From Fistulifera solaris (lineage: Eukaryota): DNA of 64,000 nt. The translations under genes were made by a program, and so were the position numbers. Under the pieces are notes generated by a model. That model was not told the origin of the DNA, ran no database searches, and was given only the letters and a program-made list of their open reading frames with translations. Shown here piece after piece: positions 12,103-24,108 of the stretch. The stretch's first letter is position 1, and each line of letters begins with the position of its first letter. The stretch lies in the NCBI GenBank assembly GCA_030295235.1, contig AP026162.1, forward strand, positions 1,612,001 through 1,676,000, read 5' to 3'.

Positions 12103-13547
12103 ATGTCGTTTCTTCGGTCGCCCTACACAATATGCGCGACCGCATTGCGCTGCTTGTGCGTATTCGGCTTGCTTTTACCATCGGAATGGTTGCCATGGAT
12201 CTGCAGTCATGCTGTACAATCAACCCTGATAGACAGTATCTTGACGCTCGGGCGTGTTCATGAAGCCCTCGCAATTCGAGAATTAGTGCCCCCGCACAAT
12301 TTTGCATCTGCCTATAAAGGACAAACGATTCATCTCCCTCCCCTTTTACTCGCATTACTCCAGCCTGTTTCACGGCTCTCAGAGTCACAGCAGCATAAAT
12401 TTATGGGACTGTGCTTGATAGTCGTTGATTTGTTGATTGCCTGGACCCTCGAAAGGCTGGGGAAGTTTATCGTGCAGCAGCGTAAGACTGAATGGGAAGA
12501 TAAACTGCAAGAACAAATTCCCGAAGCGATTCAACCGAAACTATCGCATTTATTTGAAGTCACGAAGGAAAAGAATGCTGTCGTGACCTCCGCGACTATT
12601 CCATTACTCATGGCGCAGCTTTATTACTGGAGTCCGGTCACGTGGCTGACAAGTAATATTTTCGTGTGCTATCAAAATATCCCGGTTCTTTTCACATTAA
12701 TTGGACTGATCAGTGCTAGCCAGGGTTCTTTGATTTGGAGCACACTAAGCCTTGTCCTTGCTTCGTATATCAATGTCCATCATGCGATATTTGTTGTTCC
12801 ATCCGTCATACTCATTCGAGAGAGAAGGAAAAGCATTATGGTTTTCTTGGTCAGCTTTCTCTCCTTAGCATCTGCCATGCAGGGGTTGTCACTATATCTG
12901 GTCGGAACTAGCGAGTATTTATTCGTCGCTTACGTATCGCACGGGTGGACGTTTCAGTTCCGGGGGATGGAGCCGAGCTTGTCAACACTTTGGTACTTTG
13001 GTATGGAAATGTTTGACAGGTTTTCAATTTACTTTACTGTGTTAATGGGCGGTGCGCCGTATCTATTGGTGATACCTTTATGGATTCGCTTGTTTCGCTA
13101 TCCTGAAGTCATGGTACGTAAATCACTTGCTCGCTTGGTGGATTTGAAATTTCGGATAAAACTAACTAAATATTCCAGATCGCCCTTTTCTGGTTGTTGG
13201 GTACTCTCTTTCGTCCCCCTGCTACTCTTTACAGTTTAAATGTTGCATTCAGTCTTTTATTGCTCTCCCCAAAGTCGCTAGCCCGGCTCAGGGCGATTCC
13301 CTCCTTGATTGCCGTTAGTGCTTTTTCTATTCCGGTAGCGTTATACATCGTCAACACGTGGTTATGGCTTGATACTGGCTCCGGAGAAGCAAACTTCATG
13401 TATTTTCAATGCTTAGCGTACAACGCATTCGTTGCCATCATTTTTGTTCAGTTTGTCGCTGCATCTCTACGAAGAGATAAAGCTTTGCGGTTAACCGAAA
13501 AGGTAATTCTGAAAAGTGATATACCGCCGAAGTCCGAACAGAATTGA
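12103..13547 (+). CDS. PIGU: GPI transamidase subunit PIG-U; intron 13114-13178
   Basis: PPLLL, WYFxxEMFDRF and GxANFxY motifs; multi-TM; in-frame GT-AG intron; start could be 12082. Confidence 0.85.
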
Positions 13548-13801
13548 TAATGTTGACAGTAATGGCGCACAGTACCAGAATATCCAGCGCATTCGCATCC
13601 AAAGGGACGACGAGCCAAATAGGATGCTGACCAGCGTTTTTTAACTACGGGACAAGGTGCTGCATGATGAAGTTTCGCCTGAGGTCGTCAGACGCTATTG
13701 CACACGTCGAACACTTCTGACAACATTAGATGTAGAAGAATTACTGTGTTGGTTCCACTAATATCCAAGCTAAATAGGACACAATTTAAAGTGGCACAAA
13801 A

Positions 13802-15788
13802 CTAAGAGTTTACACTTCCTGACATATCCTTGGTAGGAAACGAAATAGTGGCGTCCCCGTCTTCGCCTATGGATGACAGAAATGACCGGCGAATACTTGA
13901 TCGATGCCCAGCAGGGTCCCTAGTCGTATTATTGATGTGAGCGCTGTGGTCGACTTCCACATCAAAGTCATCCAAGTTTTCCCAGTCTATACTTAGAGCC
14001 GATAATCCTGACATTGCTCGACCAAACGTTCCTTCCGAGGTCATTGACAAGTGCCGCATACCGTGCCCGAAAGAAATCCTAGTAATGGAAGGATTTCTCT
14101 GTGAGCGGAGTGGCTCTTGATATGACTGAACGCGAGACTGTTGTTGCCCCGCTCCCATCGCAGTCGGTAATGTTGATGCTCCTTTGTTCGGTGACGGTGG
14201 ACCCATGTCGAAATAGTCCATGTGCTGCTCTCCGTCTAACGACTCTTCAAAAAGCTGGAAGTTTTCTCCCGAAAGCTCGGGGACGCCAACGTCCATATTT
14301 CCGTTCGGATTCGCGTTGGCACCATTGCGACGATGCATGGGGCAATTGGCGCATCGGCAACTTGGACCACACGTACACGCCATGCCGTACTTCATACCAC
14401 AACCAGCCATATAATCCTTCACTTGCTCTTCTCGAGTCGAAAATGCATCAAAAATACGCTTGTTCATTTGTGAATGGCTAGAAAAGAACAATTTGTAGTC
14501 AGATAAACAGATCAGGTAGAATGATTCCAGTTTCTCGAAATGTTTCTTACCGGGCACAGTCTTCTCTCACTACACCATTGTCGGGACATGTACAGGGGAG
14601 GGTCCAGTCAAATACGTCCTCAGAAGCCGTGGCAGCAACGACATCGAAAGCAGTACTCAATGCCCCAAGATCCATGATAGACTTTTTGTCGGCACCTTTC
14701 CCCACGATTCCCATCTCTTTCACCTTCGCTGTGTAGCCAACCATTGCCAAGTTCCTGGTAGCTTCCGAAGCGATGCGCTTTGCATTCGAGGCCTTGTCAA
14801 TTTTGATGATAATAGAAGACAATGCTTCGTCGGCGGCTGCATCAATAAGACCATCAATCGGTGATTTGTTTCCATTGCAACCCTTCAATACAGTCTCAAC
14901 GATCTTGACACAATGTGCGCAGGTTATACCGTCAATCGACATAGCAATTTGGATATCACCATTCGAACTGACAAAGACAACGGGCACAGTATTCGGGTCT
15001 CCCATGTGAAAGCCATTGCTGATTCCTCCGTGATATGCCAGCTGCGTTGACGCTCTGCTAACTTGTTCCACAACATTCGGCATGTCGACCTTCCCGGGTA
15101 TGCACTTGCCTTTCATGTTAATGATGGGCATGGAAGGATCGTGATAGGTGTTGCTATCGAGACTTAGTTGCTGTGCGTTGTGCAACCTTTCCAGGGGCGA
15201 CACATTCAATTGACCCGCTAGCAACGAACTGTTGGCAGCGTGGTTTTCCATTCCGCTCTCTGTACTCTTGCCCGTTTTTCCACGCGATTTGTCCAACTCT
15301 TTCATTCGAGTGTACAAGGTCCGAGGCGGTTGCTCTTTGTCGCTCATCACCAAACAATGCGCTAGCGTGAAGAAGTGCCGGGTGTATCCTTCTACGACAC
15401 CTTTCATTTTCTCCGTGCCCAAAGCAGCAATGGCAGAGCCTGATTCTCCTTTACGACGATGTTGCCACCAGGTACGCAAGGTTGTTAGACCGAGCTGAAT
15501 CGCTTCTTTGTCCGCATCGGGCCCCAGCCAAGGACTCAAGATTGCCTGAACGAACGGATGAGCCAGTCCCGCTCGCGGTAGAGGCTCATAAGGATACTCG
15601 CGGCGACCGTTTTTCGCGGTTTTCGATTTGCGTGGATCATTATCAATGGGTGTTGTCAGCGGATCTAGTTCTGCTGCTGGTTTTGTTTCCAGGTCGAGGG
15701 GATCAAGTCCTCCTAGATGAGACCATGCTCGAAAAGCGCCTTCAAAAATAGAAGTTCGGTGCTCAAATTCTCCGCGACGTCTCGACAT
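13802..15788 (-). CDS. Heavy-metal-associated (HMA) domain protein with Cys/His-rich metal-binding motif; intron 14478-14550
   Basis: GITCAHCV HMA motif; CTCGPSCRCANCPMH; GTAAG...TAG intron joins the two ORFs in frame. Confidence 0.8.
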
Positions 15789-16614
15789 GATTCGTATTAT
15801 CAATTGGAAGAGAAGATCTGTCAACGAGACGGCTCAGAAGCGAACGACCTGACCACGACTAGCTTTTCTCGTTCCGCTGTTTGTTAAAAGAAGAACGCAA
15901 TCTGTTGCAAGTTATGTAATTCAACTACGAAGCTTTTTTGTGAGTAAACGAGATCTAAATAAGTTGGAGCTGTCTATAGCTTGGTTTTAAAACAAACAAC
16001 AGCCCACGTTCACAATGGATACGTAGTTCAAAAGCGCGAGCAGCAAAAGCGCAATAAACACGGCGGACGAGAAGGCGAGGCGCAAGCCGGATACTGCATG
16101 CTGCATGGTTACGCGACGCGGACGAGGATCAAACAAAGAAAGCTGCAAGATGCAACAGGAAGGATGACAGCTCAGAGTACTTCCGTTTGTATAGTTGAAA
16201 GATCTATGAGCTACGAAGTACTATATCTGAAATATCTTTCTTGGAACATTGTACACGTTGCTGACTATTTACTAAGTAATGGAGATTTGAGGTTTCGTTC
16301 TTCACGTTTTGTGTAATATAAAAGAGAACACTGATGCGACAGTTTCTGTACACTATCTATGAAACAAATCTGTCTTTGATATGACATGATCCGTGAACGC
16401 GAGCCACGTTTTTTCATATAGTACATCTTAGGTTAGAGTGAAGAGTGAAGAGCTTTTAATCGCGGATTGCGGAAGAAAGAAGGCGATAGGCGATGCGGTG
16501 GAGAATGGAGAAGACGAAGACGAAAAAAAGAAAAAAAATGAACATCGATTGCGGCATTGCGACGGATGAAGGTGGTCTTATTCACAACAATCTTGTAGAT
16601 TGATTGAGGAAATA

Positions 16615-17214
16615 ATGTTGACAGAGAATATTGCAAAAGGTGTGCGACTTCTGAAGAAACACAATTTTCGAGTTGTTGTGTTCGACATGGATCAAACAGC
16701 CATTGCATCCCACAGTCGCGGAACACTGTTACGATCGAACTTTAAACAGTTCACCTCCAAGGCAACGCCCGCATTTCTTCAACTAGTGTCGGCTTTACAT
16801 AATGAAGGTTCTTTTCAAATAGCAATAGCTACGCATTCCGATGAAGCTGAGTTTCAAAATGGTCGGCATGTCGACGAAATTCATCCGTCGACGCACATAA
16901 TGGGTTTCGAATTGGCGACACAGATGCTACTCGATTGCTTTTCCTCGGAAGTGGCTCAATCAATCTTGGTCGTCTCCTATAACCCACGAGCGCAGGGAAC
17001 AATGGAAGACCCCGAGCGCTGTGTCAAGCGCTACCACATGCGCAAAATCAAAAATAATTTTAAAGCGTCTTACGAATTGATGATCTTTTTCGATGACACT
17101 CCTGAAATTGTGAAGGATTGCATAGAAAACTGTGGAGTAAAAACTGTAATAGTCGATGCAGAAAAGGGATTTCAAATAGAGGACCTGTTGAATGCGTTTG
17201 CCGATGATCAATGA
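16615..17214 (+). CDS. HAD-superfamily hydrolase/phosphatase-like protein
   Basis: VVVFDMDQT motif I, IAT motif II, K, FFDD motif IV. Confidence 0.75.
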   Translation: MLTENIAKGVRLLKKHNFRVVVFDMDQTAIASHSRGTLLRSNFKQFTSKATPAFLQLVSALHNEGSFQIAIATHSDEAEFQNGRHVDEIHPSTHIMGFELATQMLLDCFSSEVAQSILVVSYNPRAQGTMEDPERCVKRYHMRKIKNNFKASYELMIFFDDTPEIVKDCIENCGVKTVIVDAEKGFQIEDLLNAFADDQ

Positions 17215-17315
17215 CGGTCACTCGGAGTTCTTTAGAGGAATAAAGACTGCAGACGTAAAGGGGAATATAAAGATCTACGATAGATAGAATCTTTGCTTTA
17301 GTGCAATGTCGACAA

Positions 17316-18887
17316 CTAGTGCTTCCAGATTTTGATAGTTCGATCCTTAGAGCCGGTCGCAACGCTACCACCCGTAGGACTCCAATCCAGTGCATAGACT
17401 TCGTCAAAATGACCGGGAAGAGTTCCTTTGGCACGTTTACCGGAAGGCACCTCCCATAGTTTCGCGGTACTATCCTTGCTAGCACTGACCAAATAACGAC
17501 TATCGGCACTCCATGCAACTTGGTAAACTGCGCCCACGTGGCCTGTCAGTGTTGATATAAAGTCGCCCGAAAATCCATTCCAGATCTTTACTTTCTTGTC
17601 AAACGATGCACTCGCAAAGTACCGGGCATCTGGACTAAACACAATCTGATTGACCGCTTGTTGATGACCAGTGAGTCTCTTAATGGGTTGCTTTGACTCC
17701 TGAGGATGCCATAGAAATAACGTAAAATCATCAGACCCAGACACCAGTCGTTCCACGCCCCCTTGATTTCGTTTAAACTCTTCGTATTTTTCTTTTGCGG
17801 CTTTATATGCAGCTTCTTCAGACTCGAATTTCGTATTTTTGTGATCAAAAGGCCCGACTCGGTTCACGTAATCGCTGGAAAGAGCAAGAGTATTGATGCG
17901 ATGTCCGTGCCCGGTCAATGTGCGCACCAAGATACCTCGGTCGGGGTTCCACACCTTAATGGTTCTATCCCGACTAGCCGAATATACCAGCTCTCCCCAT
18001 TTCACCGCTTCGACAGAATCGGTATGCCCTGACAAAGTCACAAGACACGACTGTGTTCGAACATTCCATACTTTCAAAGTGCCGTCTTTACTTGACGTTG
18101 CCAACCGTTCGCACTTGCTGTTAGCGTGAAGTGGCTCCCAAGCCAGGCCTGTAATCCATTGCTTGTGTGCTTTCACGTGTTTCCCAATCGCCGTTCCTTT
18201 TGCAGGGTCCCATAAAATCCAGACACCGTTTCGATCCCCCGAGACAAATCTTTCTCCGTTCGGACTCCAGGCCGTGCACAAAACGTGGTTCTTGTGTCCA
18301 GCGCATGTGAATTTGGGAGTGGCTGTGAGAATATCCCAGAAGCGTACCATCGTGTCTCCACCCCCACTGGCCAAAAGACGCCCATGGGGAGCATACGAAA
18401 CATGCAAAATCGCTTCCGTGTGACCCGGCAGCGTATCCGAACAGCGAGTCACCGGCCGGACACGGAAAACGGCTCGCGGCTGATATGTCAGTTGCAGAAC
18501 AGACTCTGTACTCAAATCGGGAAAATGCTCGAATAGTTCGGAAAGAATATCGGTAACTTCTACGTCGTCTCCGTTGATCTTTGCGTAAAACGCATACGGT
18601 ATCCGTTTGTCGTCTGCCTCGAGCAATGCATGCACGAGCGCATTCAAATCATCAACCGAACTGTTGGTAGGAACATCCAATATACCCGCTAATTCCTTTC
18701 CCTCACGGTTTTGAAATTGAATCTGCAAGTTGGATGGTAAGCTTGTGGGTGTGCTTTCGACAACACGATATCGTTTGGTCGCCGTCGAATAGCGATATCC
18801 CAAATTGTTTGGGTTCTCTGAACCGACTAAACTTCCGCCCCATGCAATTCCGCCCTTCTTATCGTCGGATAACTCTGTCAAGGTCAT
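17316..18887 (-). CDS. NLE1: Notchless/Rsa4 ribosome assembly WD40 protein
   Basis: NLE domain with YQPxAVFRVRPVTRC, multiple WD40 repeats, SGSDDFTLFLW. Confidence 0.95.
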   Translation of the reverse strand: MTLTELSDDKKGGIAWGGSLVGSENPNNLGYRYSTATKRYRVVESTPTSLPSNLQIQFQNREGKELAGILDVPTNSSVDDLNALVHALLEADDKRIPYAFYAKINGDDVEVTDILSELFEHFPDLSTESVLQLTYQPRAVFRVRPVTRCSDTLPGHTEAILHVSYAPHGRLLASGGGDTMVRFWDILTATPKFTCAGHKNHVLCTAWSPNGERFVSGDRNGVWILWDPAKGTAIGKHVKAHKQWITGLAWEPLHANSKCERLATSSKDGTLKVWNVRTQSCLVTLSGHTDSVEAVKWGELVYSASRDRTIKVWNPDRGILVRTLTGHGHRINTLALSSDYVNRVGPFDHKNTKFESEEAAYKAAKEKYEEFKRNQGGVERLVSGSDDFTLFLWHPQESKQPIKRLTGHQQAVNQIVFSPDARYFASASFDKKVKIWNGFSGDFISTLTGHVGAVYQVAWSADSRYLVSASKDSTAKLWEVPSGKRAKGTLPGHFDEVYALDWSPTGGSVATGSKDRTIKIWKH

Positions 18888-19265
18888 TATGTATTCCTGT
18901 TGATTGGTTCAATGGAACAAAAGGAAAAAGTTGACCCTGAGGAAAAGAACAAAGTGAGAGACTTTTCTTATTGCGCGAAAAATTTTTGGTGGTGAGGAAA
19001 ACGAAAGCTGACCGACGGCGGTCGTACATCTTCTGTTCCTCAATCGTACCGGTACCCAAATGCTCATAACGGTGACGTGGCAAAATTCGAAGTACACTTT
19101 ATCTCACAGGAACAGAAAGTACGTCACACGTCATCCATCTCGAAACGACGGCATTTTATTTTTTTTTCTCTTTTTGCTTTTGTCGAGAATGAATCTCTCT
19201 TCGCCGGCCCTCTCGCATCCATCATTTCACATCAATCTAATCTCTTCAAACTCTAATTTATCATC

Positions 19266-20571
19266 ATGTTCCGCCTCGCCGTTCAAAATAGTGTCTTTCG
19301 CGCCCCTGCCGCCTTCTATCGCGCGTTCCACGCGACGGCCGTCGCCGATGCCAAACTGACGGTCCAGCAGCTCGCCGAGAAAGTCGATTTGAAAGGTCAG
19401 AATGTCTTGGTTCGTGTCGATCTGAATGCCCCCTTGGCCAAAAGACAATGTAACGGTGACAGATGATACCCGCCTGCGTGCTGTCGTTCCCACTACCAAG
19501 TTTCTCTTGGACAAAGGTGCCAATGTGATTTTGGCGAGTCATTACGGTCGACCGAAGGGAGAAGTCATCGAGACGGGCAAGAATGGACGTTTGAACCCTG
19601 TCGTTAAGCCTTTGGAGAGCTTGCTAGGCACTCCTATTCTAAAGATGAATGATTGCAAGGGCCCAGAAGTCGAGGAAGCTGCTTCCAAATTGACCACCGG
19701 CCAGGTCATGTTGCTCGAGAACACTCGCTTCTACGCGGGCGAGACCAAGAATGATCCCGAGCTTTCAGCCGCCCTGGGAAAGCTCGCGGACTACTTTGTC
19801 ATGGATGCTTTCGGTACCGCTCACCGTGCTCACAGTTCGACGGAGGGTGTCACCAAGCACGTCAAACTCGCGGCGGCCGGATTCTTGATGGAGAAAGAAT
19901 TGCAGTATTTGCAAGGTGCAGTAGACGACCCAAAGCGCCCCCTTATGGCGATCGTTGGTGGAGCCAAAGTATCTACGAAAATCCCGGTCATTGAATCTTT
20001 GTTGGAAAAGTGCGACAGTATTTTGGTCGGTGGTGGAATGATCTTCACCTTTTACAAGGCCTTGGGCTACAACATCGGTGCTTCTCTCGTCGAAGAAGAC
20101 ATGGTAGATCTTGCCACACAACTCATGAAGAAGGCGGAGGCCAAAGGTGTCCCTCTCATTTTGCCGACCGATGTTGTGTTGGCTGATGCCTTTGATAACG
20201 ACGCAAACAGTGCCATTGCGAGCGTCAAGGAAATTTCTGGAGACTGGCGGGGTCTAGATATTGGTCCGGATACCATCAAGCTTTTCCAAAGTGAGATTGA
20301 AAAGGCAAAGACTATTATTTGGAACGGTCCTATGGGAGTTTTCGAAATGCCCAATTTTGCGGCGGGCACTAACGCTGTGGCCCAGATGTTGGCGACTGCT
20401 ACACAGGAACATGGAGCCATCACCATCATCGGTGGTGGTGATTCGGTAGCCGCGGTCAACCAAGCTGGTCTTGGTGACAAGGTTTCGCACATTTCGACGG
20501 GTGGAGGAGCTAGTCTCGAATTGTTGGAGGGTAAAGTGCTCCCGGGTGTTGCCGCTCTGACTGAGGTATAA
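19266..20571 (+). CDS. PGK: Phosphoglycerate kinase with mitochondrial presequence; frameshift in A-run at ~19440
   Basis: [51 protein letters not shown]. Confidence 0.95.
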
Positions 20572-20580
20572 TTTTCCCTT

Positions 20581-20870
20581 AATATCCGGGTACCCGTGCA
20601 GAGATAAATTTCTTACGGCGGCTACGTAGAAGTTTCGTAGACACTAAGAAAGACGTTAAAATTCTGCCTCTCAGTAGAAATTCCTACGTAGAGCCTACGG
20701 CGAGGCAGAATATTAACGTCGTTTCCCGGAAGCGTTGTATTTTTCTACTGTTTCATGTTTCACTGTCGATTTAACGTCAATTATTGCTTAGTGGCTGGCA
20801 TGAGTGATGTTGGGCTGAGTTGAGGGCAAAGTATTGGTGACATTGGTGTCAAAAAGACGCAAAAAAAATA
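20581..20870 (+). repeat. Module B unit (AATATCCGGGTA... family) containing a hairpin insertion
   Basis: Aligns with 44939-45150 apart from an ~83 bp insert. Confidence 0.75.
20652..20720. repeat. Inverted-repeat hairpin / MITE-like mini-element (19-bp arms, 31-nt loop)
   Basis: GACGTTAAAATTCTGCCTC ... GAGGCAGAATATTAACGTC, 18/19 pairing; partial copy at 34486-34540. Confidence 0.8.
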
Positions 20871-20875
20871 TTGTA

Positions 20876-23200
20876 GCTTAATCACCAGACCGAAATATCT
20901 TCTGGAAGTCTCGCAGAACTTCTGTATCACCCAATTCACCGGGTCCAAATTTCACAGAACTTCTGCACGAGATAAACACCGATTCCAGAATTTCTGGAAA
21001 ATGCATAAAACCCTTGTCTGACGGGAAGCCCCGATCCCCAAATTTCTGAAACATGCAGAGAAGCTCTGTGTCAGCTCAATCATCAGATCGAAAATATCTG
21101 GAAGTCTCGCCGAACTTCTGTATCACCCAATACACCGGGTCCAGATTATCTGGACTCTCAACAGAATTTCTGTGTGAACGAATACCGATTCCAGAATTTC
21201 TGGAATATGGGAAAATGTTATCTAAAACCCAAACACCGATTCCAGAGTTGTAGGTACGTGCACAAAAGCTCTAGGCAACGCAACGCACCTAATCACAAAT
21301 ATCTGGAAGCTTCACAGAACTTCTGCACGACCCAAAACAACCTTTCCAGAATTTCTGGAAAATGCATAAAACCCTTGTCTGACGGGAAGCTCCGATCCCG
21401 AAATTTCTGAAACGTGCAGAGAAGCTCTGTGTCAGCTCAATCATCAGATCGAAAATATCTGGAAGTCTCGCCGAACTTCTGTATCACCCAATACACCGGG
21501 TCCAGATTATCTGGACTCTCAACAGAATTTCTGTGTGAACGAATACCGATTCCAGAATTTCTGGAATATGGGAAAATGTTATCTAAAACCCAAACACCGA
21601 TTCCAGAGTTGTAGGTACGTGCACAAAAGCTCTAGGCAACGCAACGCACCTAATCACAAATATCTGGAAGCTTCACAGAACTTCTGCACGACCCAAAACA
21701 ACCTTTCCAGAATTTCTGGAAAATGCATAAAACCCTTGTCTGACGGGAAGCTCCGATCCCGAAATTTCTGAAACGTGCAGAGAAGCTCTGTGTCAGTTCA
21801 ATCATCAGATCGAAAATATCTGGAAGTCTCGCAGAACTTCTGTATCACCCAATACACCGGGTCCAGATTATCTGGACTCTCAACAGAATTTCTGTGTGAA
21901 CGAATACCGATTCCAGAATTTCTGGAATATGGGAAAATGTTATCTAAAACCCAAACACCGATTCCAGAGTTGTAGGTACGTGCACAAAAGCTCTAGGCAA
22001 CGCAACGCATCTAATCACAAATATCTGGAAGCTTCACAGAACTTCTGCACGAGATAAACACCGATTCCAGAATTTCTGGAAAATGCATAAAACCCTTGTC
22101 TGACGGGAAGCCCCGATCCCGAAATTTCTGAAACGTGCAGAGAAGCTCTGTGTCAGCTCAATCATCAGATCGAAAATATCTGGAAGTCTCGCCGAACTTC
22201 TGTATCACCCAATACACCGGGTCCAGATTATCTGGACTCTCAACAGAATTTCTGTGTGAACGAATACCGATTCCAGAATTTCTGGAATATGGGAAAATGT
22301 TATCTAAAACCCAAACACCGATTCCAGAGTTGTAGGTACGTGCACAAAAGCTCTAGGCGACGCAAAGCACCTAATCACAAATATCTGGAAGCTTCACAGA
22401 ACTTCTGCACGAGATAAACACCGATTCAAGAATTTCTGGAAAATGCATAAAACCCTTGTCTGACGGGAAGCCCCGATCCCGAAATTTCTGAAACGTGCAG
22501 AGAAGCTCTGTGTCAGCTCAATCATCAGATCGAAAATATCTGGAAGTCTCGCCGAACTTCTGTATCACCCAATACACCGGGTCCAGATTATCTGGACTCT
22601 CAACAGAATTTCTGTGTGAACGAATACCGATTCCAGAATTTCTGGAATATGGGAAAATGTTATCTAAAACCCAAACACCGATTCCAGAGTTGTAGGTACG
22701 TGCACAAAAGCTCTAGGCAACGCAACGCACCTAATCACAAATATCTGGAAGCTTCACAGAACTTCTGCACGAGATAAACACCGATTCCAGAATTTCTGGA
22801 AAATGCATAAAACCCTTGCCTGACGGGAAGCCCCGATCCCGAAATTTCTGAAACGTGCAGAGAAGCTCTGTGTCAGCTCAATCATCAGATCGAAAATATC
22901 TGGAAGTCTCGCCGAACTTCTGTATCACCCAATACACCGGGTCCAGATTATCTGGACTCTCAACAGAATTTCTGTGTGAACGAATACCGATTCCAGAATT
23001 TCTGGAATATGGGAAAATGTTATCTAAAACCCAAACACCGATTCCAGAGTTGTAGGTACGTGCACAAAAGCTCTAGGCGACGCAAAGCACCTAATCACAA
23101 ATATCTGGAAGCTTCACAGAACTTCTGCACGAGATAAACACCGATTCAAGAATTTCTGGAAAATGCATAAAACCCTTGTCTGACGGGAAGCCCCGATCCC
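20876..23200. repeat. Tandem satellite array, 360-361 bp unit, about 6.4 copies
   Basis: Same sequence recurs at 21053, 21414, 21775, 22135, 22495 and 22855. Confidence 0.97.
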
Positions 23201-23545
23201 ATGTTGATGTTGTACTGTCGAATCAACGTCATTTATTTCTTTGTGGCTCGCATGAGTGATGTTGGGCTGAGTTGAGTGCAAAGTATTGGTGACATTGGTG
23301 TCGAACAGACGCGGAAAATGGTGTGAACGAAATTAAGCAATATCCGGGTGTCCTAAATCAACGTGAAATTACGTAGACATTCGAGCCGTTGCATCAATCG
23401 TTTCATTAACGTTTTGTTTTCAAATCGATCGCGCTCGTGTCTTTCTGAAACGAATAAAATACGGTGGATAAGGAAACTTGACAGCTGTGCACTGTGAATG
23501 CAATGATTGGATGACGGCGAAAACCCTAATATCCGGGTACGCCCT
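23201..23545 (+). repeat. Module B units downstream of the 360-bp array
   Basis: 23214-23312 repeats 20761-20860; AATATCCGGGT at 23339 and 23528. Confidence 0.75.
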
Positions 23546-23673
23546 ACACGAATGTTTATGAGTCACGAGTCACGAAGCCCTGCTGACCGCGGCGGCAGCC
23601 GCAAATCGTTGTTTTTACTTTTGGAAGAATAATAAAGGAAATATTCAACTCCATACCTTCGCCGCCCTTTAAC

Positions 23674-24108
23674 ATGAGCTCCAGTAGAAAGACAGCTGAC
23701 ATGCAGAGTTCATTTTCTCGGCAAGCCACCATTTTACGAAAAAATTTAATGGAGTGGGACAACATGATGCGACATCCGCAAGGAGAAGACTGGCCGAAAA
23801 TGCTTGGAAGATTGAATGCAGCTTTGAATCAAACAAATAACATGGACAAGAGTATCGATGACGTAATGGAGCATTTTGTTTACGTTCCCAGAAAAAGCAC
23901 GGCAAACCCTCAGGATATCCCCTTCTTTCTCTCGACTCGAATTGAAATGTCTGCCGACAACAGAAACGACAACACCAACAATCCTTCTGAAGATTCTCCT
24001 CCTGCAAAATATGAAATAAATGGAGATCCGGTACAATTACTTGCTGCATATGAGAATAAAGCCGCTCGAATAGCGTCCGAATACGAAGAAAACATGATTC
24101 GATTTTAA
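23674..24108 (+). CDS. MED8: Mediator subunit 8-like protein (compact)
   Basis: WPxMLxRLNxxxxQ and VP...IPFFLSTR pattern resembling the MED8 core. Confidence 0.6.
   Translation: MSSSRKTADMQSSFSRQATILRKNLMEWDNMMRHPQGEDWPKMLGRLNAALNQTNNMDKSIDDVMEHFVYVPRKSTANPQDIPFFLSTRIEMSADNRNDNTNNPSEDSPPAKYEINGDPVQLLAAYENKAARIASEYEENMIRF

Noticed and set aside
19430..19450. Programmed ribosomal frameshifting as a general mechanism in this window
   Set aside because: Indels are of both signs with no shared slippery/stop motif; homopolymer sequencing error is simpler.
21053..23055. Repeated 66/78-aa ORFs in the 360-bp array
   Set aside because: By-products of the tandem repeat; mostly non-ATG starts and no protein-like features.
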